From Nemertoderma westbladi (Eukaryota; Animalia; Xenacoelomorpha): a stretch of DNA of 64,000 bases. The stretch lies in contig JAUCBJ010003514.1 in NCBI GenBank assembly GCA_032718475.1, positions 1 through 64,000 of the forward strand, read 5' to 3'. Below the pieces are notes generated by a model. That model was given only the letters and a program-made list of their open reading frames with translations, was not told the origin of the DNA and did not search any database. Both the position numbers and the translations under genes were made by a program. This document shows, in pieces, positions 58,481-64,000 of the stretch (the stretch's first letter is position 1; the number at the start of each line of letters is the position of its first letter).

Positions 58481-61157
58481 GGTGCTAGTACACACTGACG
58501 ACCAGAATATCGTTTGCAACGTTTTTGTACGAAATATAGGTTTATCCGACCACTTTGCAGTCTACTTTAACTTGAATTTCACTAAACCAGCCGATATATC
58601 ACAGACAATAAGTTACCGAAATATAAGTAAAATAAACGGTAATCTGTTTTTGGAGGATTTAAAACATTCACCAGTATGCGACTCTCTTTCTGGTGATATT
58701 AATGGAGTTATTAAAATGTATAATGATAACCTAATGAACATACTCGATAAACACGCCCCATTACAAACAAAAACTGTTTCCATGAGGCCGAAGGCAAATT
58801 GGTACACTGATGAGATTAACGACGCAAAAAGAAAACGCAGAAGATTGGAGCGCCGATATCGAAAGACGAATATCTGTGCTGATTGTATCGCCTATCGCCT
58901 ACAGTGCACGGTGGTTGCCAATACCATAGCGTCAGCAAAAGAGACATATTATAGTAACATTATAAAGAATAATGCAGGTGATCAACGAAAACTATTTTCA
59001 GTGGCTGCCAAAATACTTTATCGTAAAAACAAAAGTACATTGCCTTCACACGAGGATGATGAAAAGTTGGCGAACAGGTTTATGGAATTCTTTGACAAGA
59101 AAATAAAGGATATTAGATATGACTTATTATCTGGAAATGGTGGTTCTACTTCACGGGGCGTTGATGATCTGGGGGCTCCTACGGAGGGCGCTATCAAACT
59201 GGGTGTTCCTACGGGGGGCGCTACTGAATTGGGCATTCCTACGGGGGGTGATACTGGACTGGGCGCTCCTACAGGGGAATCATCCGACCAGGGCGTTCCT
59301 ACGGGGGGAGCATCTGACCTGGGCATTCCTACAGGGGGTGCTGCTGGACTGGGTGTTTCTACGGGGGGTGCAACTGGACTGGGCGTTCCTACGGGGGGCT
59401 CATCTGAACTGGGCATTCCTATTGGGGGACCATCTGACCTGGGCATTCTTACGGGTGAAGCATCGGATCTGGGTGTTCCTACAGGGGGCGCTAGTGAACT
59501 GGGCGTTCCTATGGGGGGCGCAACCAACCTGGGCATTCCTACGGGGGGTGTTACTGGACTGGGCGCTCCTATGGGGGGGGGGGGGGCTACTGAACTGGGC
59601 ATTCATACGGGGGCCGCTATGGGACTGGGCATTCCTACGGGGTGCGCAACTAACCTAGGCATTCCTACGGGGGGCGCTACGGGACTGGGCGTTCCTACGG
59701 GTATGGGGGGCGCAACCAACGGTAAAGGAAACAATATTCCCAAATTGGAACACTTTAATAAAATAACAATGGATGAGGCAGAAAAGCTAATAAAGAACTC
59801 AAAATCTAAATCTAGTACCATGGATCCGATTCCCACGCAATTAGTAAAACATTCAATAAAATTGTTGCTACCAGTGATTATGTTAATTATTAATTTATCA
59901 ATTACAACTGCTACTGTGCCGACTCTATTCAAGGAAGCTGTGTTAACACCAGTCATAAAGAAAGCACGATTAAACCCTGAGATACTTAGGAACTTTAGGC
60001 CGGTGTCTAATCTGATATATTTAGCAAAGTTAACAGAAAGGGTGATTGCAAACCAGCTGATGACTCATATGAACATAAATAAATTGTATGAACCTTTACA
60101 GAGCGCGTACAGACCCTTACACGGAACGGAGACCGCGTTGCTTAAGGTAAGCGACGACATATTACGCGAAATCAATTCGGGATCGGGAGTACTTCTCGTC
60201 TTATTAGACCTTAGTGCTGCCTTCGACACGGTCGACCACGTTAAACTGTTGGACACTCTAGATCGAGAAATCGGGGTTGAGGGAATCGCCCTGGACTGGT
60301 TCAGATCGTACTTGTCGAATAGGTCACAACAGGTTCGCATTAATGCAAAATATTCGAACCGGTTGGATTTGCTGTACGGGCTGCCACAAGGATCGGTACT
60401 TGGGCCTATATTATTTTCGATATACACTCGTTCGCTTTCAAATGTTATTCGCAACCACGGCCTCTCGTATCATTTGTACGCGGACGATACACAGCTATAC
60501 ATTAGTTTTAAACCTATTAATTCGTCCGTCGCTGTTGAGGTGACTGAACGTTGCGTGGCCGATGTAAAGAAGTGGATGGAAGATAATTTATTGAAAATGA
60601 ACTCAGATAAAACGGAGATTATCCTTCTGCAGTCCCGTTTCGGTAAACAACTAACGCCCCCTAACATACAAATAGGGGATGACCTGATCAGCTGCAGCGA
60701 CAAGGCACGTAATATAGGTTTCATCGTGGATTCAAATCTGACATACAGCAATCAAATAAGTACAACGGTCCGAGATGCATTTCTTCATCTTCGAAGTTTG
60801 GCTAAAATTAAACGGTACCTCAGCAGACATGACCTTGAAATCTTAATTCACGCCTTTGTCACAAACAAACTCGACAGCAACAACTCATTATATTATGGAT
60901 TACCCTCGAAGTCAATCAAAAAATTACAATATGTACAGAATTCCGCAGCGCGACTGCTAGAGGGCGTTAAGAAACAAGAGCACATCACTCCAGTCCTTAA
61001 ACGTTTGCATTGGTTACCTGTAAATTTACGGATCAAATTTAAAATAGCTTTGTTGACATTCAAGTGTTTACATGGTGCTGCTCCTGCCTACTTGACCCAT
61101 TTAATAACTCCCTATGTACCTCCACGACAATTACGGTCTGCTGATAAGGGACTTCTA
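58481..61157 (+). mobile_element. Internal fragment of the same L2-type LINE, truncated at both ends, ORF2 frame open throughout
   Basis: Matches 47379-49840 except ~3 substitutions, G14 vs G13, and retention of 226 bp. No 3' UTR or tail. Confidence 0.95.
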
Positions 61158-61158
61158 T

Positions 61159-63449
61159 CAATCTATATGGCGTTCATTTGCCAGTGGGACAGTCAATATG
61201 GCGTTCAGTTGCTGTGGGACAGTCTGTATGGCGTTCAGTGGCCAGTGGGACAGTCTTTGTGGCGTTCACTGGCCCGTGAGACAGTCTATATGGCGTTCAG
61301 TGGCCAATGGGACAATCTATATGGCGTTCACTGGCTATGGGACAGTCAATATGGCGTTCAGTTGCTGTGGGACAGTCTGTATGGCGTTCAGTGGCCAGTG
61401 GGACAGTCTTTAGGGCGTTCATTGGCCAGTGGGACAGTCTATATGGCGTTCAGTGGCCAGTGGGACAACCTATATGGCGTTCAGTAGCCAGTGAGACAAT
61501 CTATATGGCGTTCAGTAGCCAGTGAGACAATATATATGACATTCAGTTGCTGTGGGACAGTCTATATGACGCTCAGTTTCTGTAGGACAGTCTATATGGC
61601 GTTCAGTTGCTGTGGGACAGTCTGTATAGCGTTCAGTGGCCAGTGGGACAGTCTTTAGGGCGTTCATTGGCCAGTGGGACAGTCTATATGGCGTTCAGTG
61701 GCCAGTGGGACAGTCTTTATGGCGTTCATTGGCCAGTGGGACAGTCTATATGGCGTTCAGTGGCCAGTGGGACAACCTATATGGCGTTCAGTAGCCAGTG
61801 AGACAATCTATATGGCGTTCAGTAGCCAGTGAGACAATATATATGACATTCAGTTGCTGTGGGACAGTCTATAGGACGCTCAGTTGCTGTGGGACAGTCT
61901 GTATAGCGTTCAGTGGCCAGTGGGACAGTCTTTAGGGCGTTCAGTAGCCAGTGAGACAATCTATATGGCGTTCAGTAGCCAGTGAGACAGTCAATATGGC
62001 GTTCAGTTGCTGTGAGACAGACTTTGTGGCATTCATTGGCCAGTGGAACAATCTATATGGCGTTCAGTGGCTGTGGGACAGTCTATATGGCGCTCAGTTT
62101 CTGTAGGACAGTCTATATGGCGTTCAGTTGCTGTGGGACAGTCTGTATGTCAATAAGACAATGAACCATAACCATATCATAAAAAGCATTCGGAAAATTA
62201 GTTACCAATCTCCTAATTGATGAATATGTACAAAAATTTGTAGGATATTTCTTTATTGAAGTCACCACTTAAAATTATTACTTAGATTAGATAGTAAGTA
62301 GTCTTACAAGAAGACATTAAACTTATTGAAACTGTGAATTCAATCTACAAAAATGGAAATGAATTTGGTTAGTGTTATGTGTTCTTATCTGTAGTATATC
62401 ACTCACTGTTATTGTATAGATATAGGCCTGGCCTAATTTGATAAGGTAATAAATGAAAAAAATTAAAATTTGAAAAATAAAAATAAAAAATGTTGCAATG
62501 GAACAATTTTTGAATAATTTGGGGAGTTCGACCTTATGCAAATCTACACCAACGGATGTTAACACATCGGTTGCTAACTACTGTATGACGCAACTTTATC
62601 GAGAGTTTTGGATATTCATGCGCCACTTAAATAAATCATCGCCTGAAATCATTGAACTCAAAATTGCATTATTAACATACTGTACAACTAACTGGATTCA
62701 TCGAGTTAGTTCATGAATATCTATTGGTGCCTTAAATACCACCACGTCAGCTAAGATCGAGTATTATTATTAATATATTATTATTATTAATATATTATTA
62801 TTATTAATAATATATTATTATTATTATTATTAATATATTATTATTATCATTATTAATATATTATTATTATTATTATTAATATATTATTATTATTATTATT
62901 AATAATAATAATAATCTTAATATATATTATTTTTATGATACATTGATAGATTAACTAGGAGTGACTGCATTCCTTATATTAATTTTATATACACGTAATT
63001 CCTACTTTAGGTGGTTAATTGATAAAAAGACTTCAAAGAATTCTATAATACGAAATAAATACAGTATATTATAATTATACATATTACTATGTAATTAGCA
63101 GGTGGTTTTCTTCTCTCTGGTAATTGGTTGTTGTTTCTTGGTTGTCTGCAACGCATGCACACCAAAGGCGATTGGCACATCGGGTTGCAGGGCTGAAAAC
63201 ACCTACTGTGACCATGGTGCATGTCTTACGGATAAGTTTGAGCCCACAACCCCATTCGTAGGGATGGTGGCCCGTAGGCGTCGGGGACTGAATGCTAACG
63301 CGTACTGTCTATGTGGATCTAAACTCGGTGACCAGGAATACGATGGAAGCACTGGATGCGGTGAGTCTATTTATTATAGAAATTAAATTAACCTGTCTCT
63401 AAGTCTACAGATAAGACAGTAGGTGTTGCACACAATCTACCTTAAAGGT
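61159..63449 (+). repeat. Apparently perfect 2291-bp direct duplicate of 56193-58483 (minisatellite part 61159-62149, L2 relic, AT microsatellite, exon A)
   Basis: Constant offset of 4966 bp; identical ORF translations at both positions. Confidence 0.95.
63102..63360 (+). CDS. Exon A of paralog 2 (second identical copy, followed by the normal intron)
   Basis: Identical to 58136-58394; the downstream intron is collinear with 27834-28207. Confidence 0.8.
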
Positions 63450-64000
63450 AACTGACAATAGAGTGGAAACTTTAGTTTGCCTCCGGTATTTTGTGATCCA
63501 CATTAATAAACTAACATTTTACTTTACGATTAAGATTGAAGATTATGCATTGTCAAATACATATTCATAGATTGAAGAAGTGAGTTCAAGAAATTCGCTT
63601 ACTCATGATAACTACAGTATCTCTTTTTCCACACAATTGATACGTAGCCTATCCCAGCAATTAATTAATGTGATGTTTTACTATATTCTATTGCGAAAGG
63701 TAGTCTAAATTGTTTGTTGTTATTTAAATTTAAAGTTATGTATGGAAGAATCATTTAGACTCGTTAGAGGACAAAATGCCTGTTCACCACCATGGGCGAT
63801 CTTCCTTCCTCAGTAAACTTTCCACTCTGTTTCCCAAGTACTGTACATTGGTTATCCTTTATCCACCAGTCAGGGATGAAAAATGGGTTGTGTTAGGCTG
63901 CACCATTTAAAGCACTGTGTCCAAATATAGCTGCCCCATATAGGGATCGAACCAGGACCAGGGCATCCGGATTGGAAGCCCAGGAATGTCACAGACCAAG

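Larger units (their letters stand above)
51806..64000 (+). repeat. Copy 2 of the tandem gene duplication, continuing past the window end
   Basis: Collinear with 20046-28207. Confidence 0.95.

Overview
This is AT-rich animal (probably marine invertebrate) nuclear DNA dominated by nested transposons. From left to right: the 5' end of an LTR element with an orphan gag-like ORF running off the window; a nearly intact BEL/Pao retrotransposon; decayed Gypsy (Mag-like) and RTE fragments; a piggyBac relic; a gag-protease-only BEL-derived LTR element; an L2-type LINE carrying an in-frame 30-bp VNTR in ORF2; and MITEs, SINEs and minisatellites. The host content, invisible in the ORF track, is a spliced gene for a small secreted, Cys-rich (EGF/EB-like), probably GPI-anchored protein. 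Its exons 27584-27833, 29080-29197 and 43039-43309 join in frame; the ATG exon was not found. The gene lies in a tandem duplication with a ~31.8-kb offset, and the paralogs are almost identical except for a hypervariable loop that keeps an RRRR furin-type site. In the second paralog that exon is duplicated again as part of a 2.3-kb direct repeat flanking a doubly truncated LINE piece. All family calls come from motif recognition by eye; no database searches were run.
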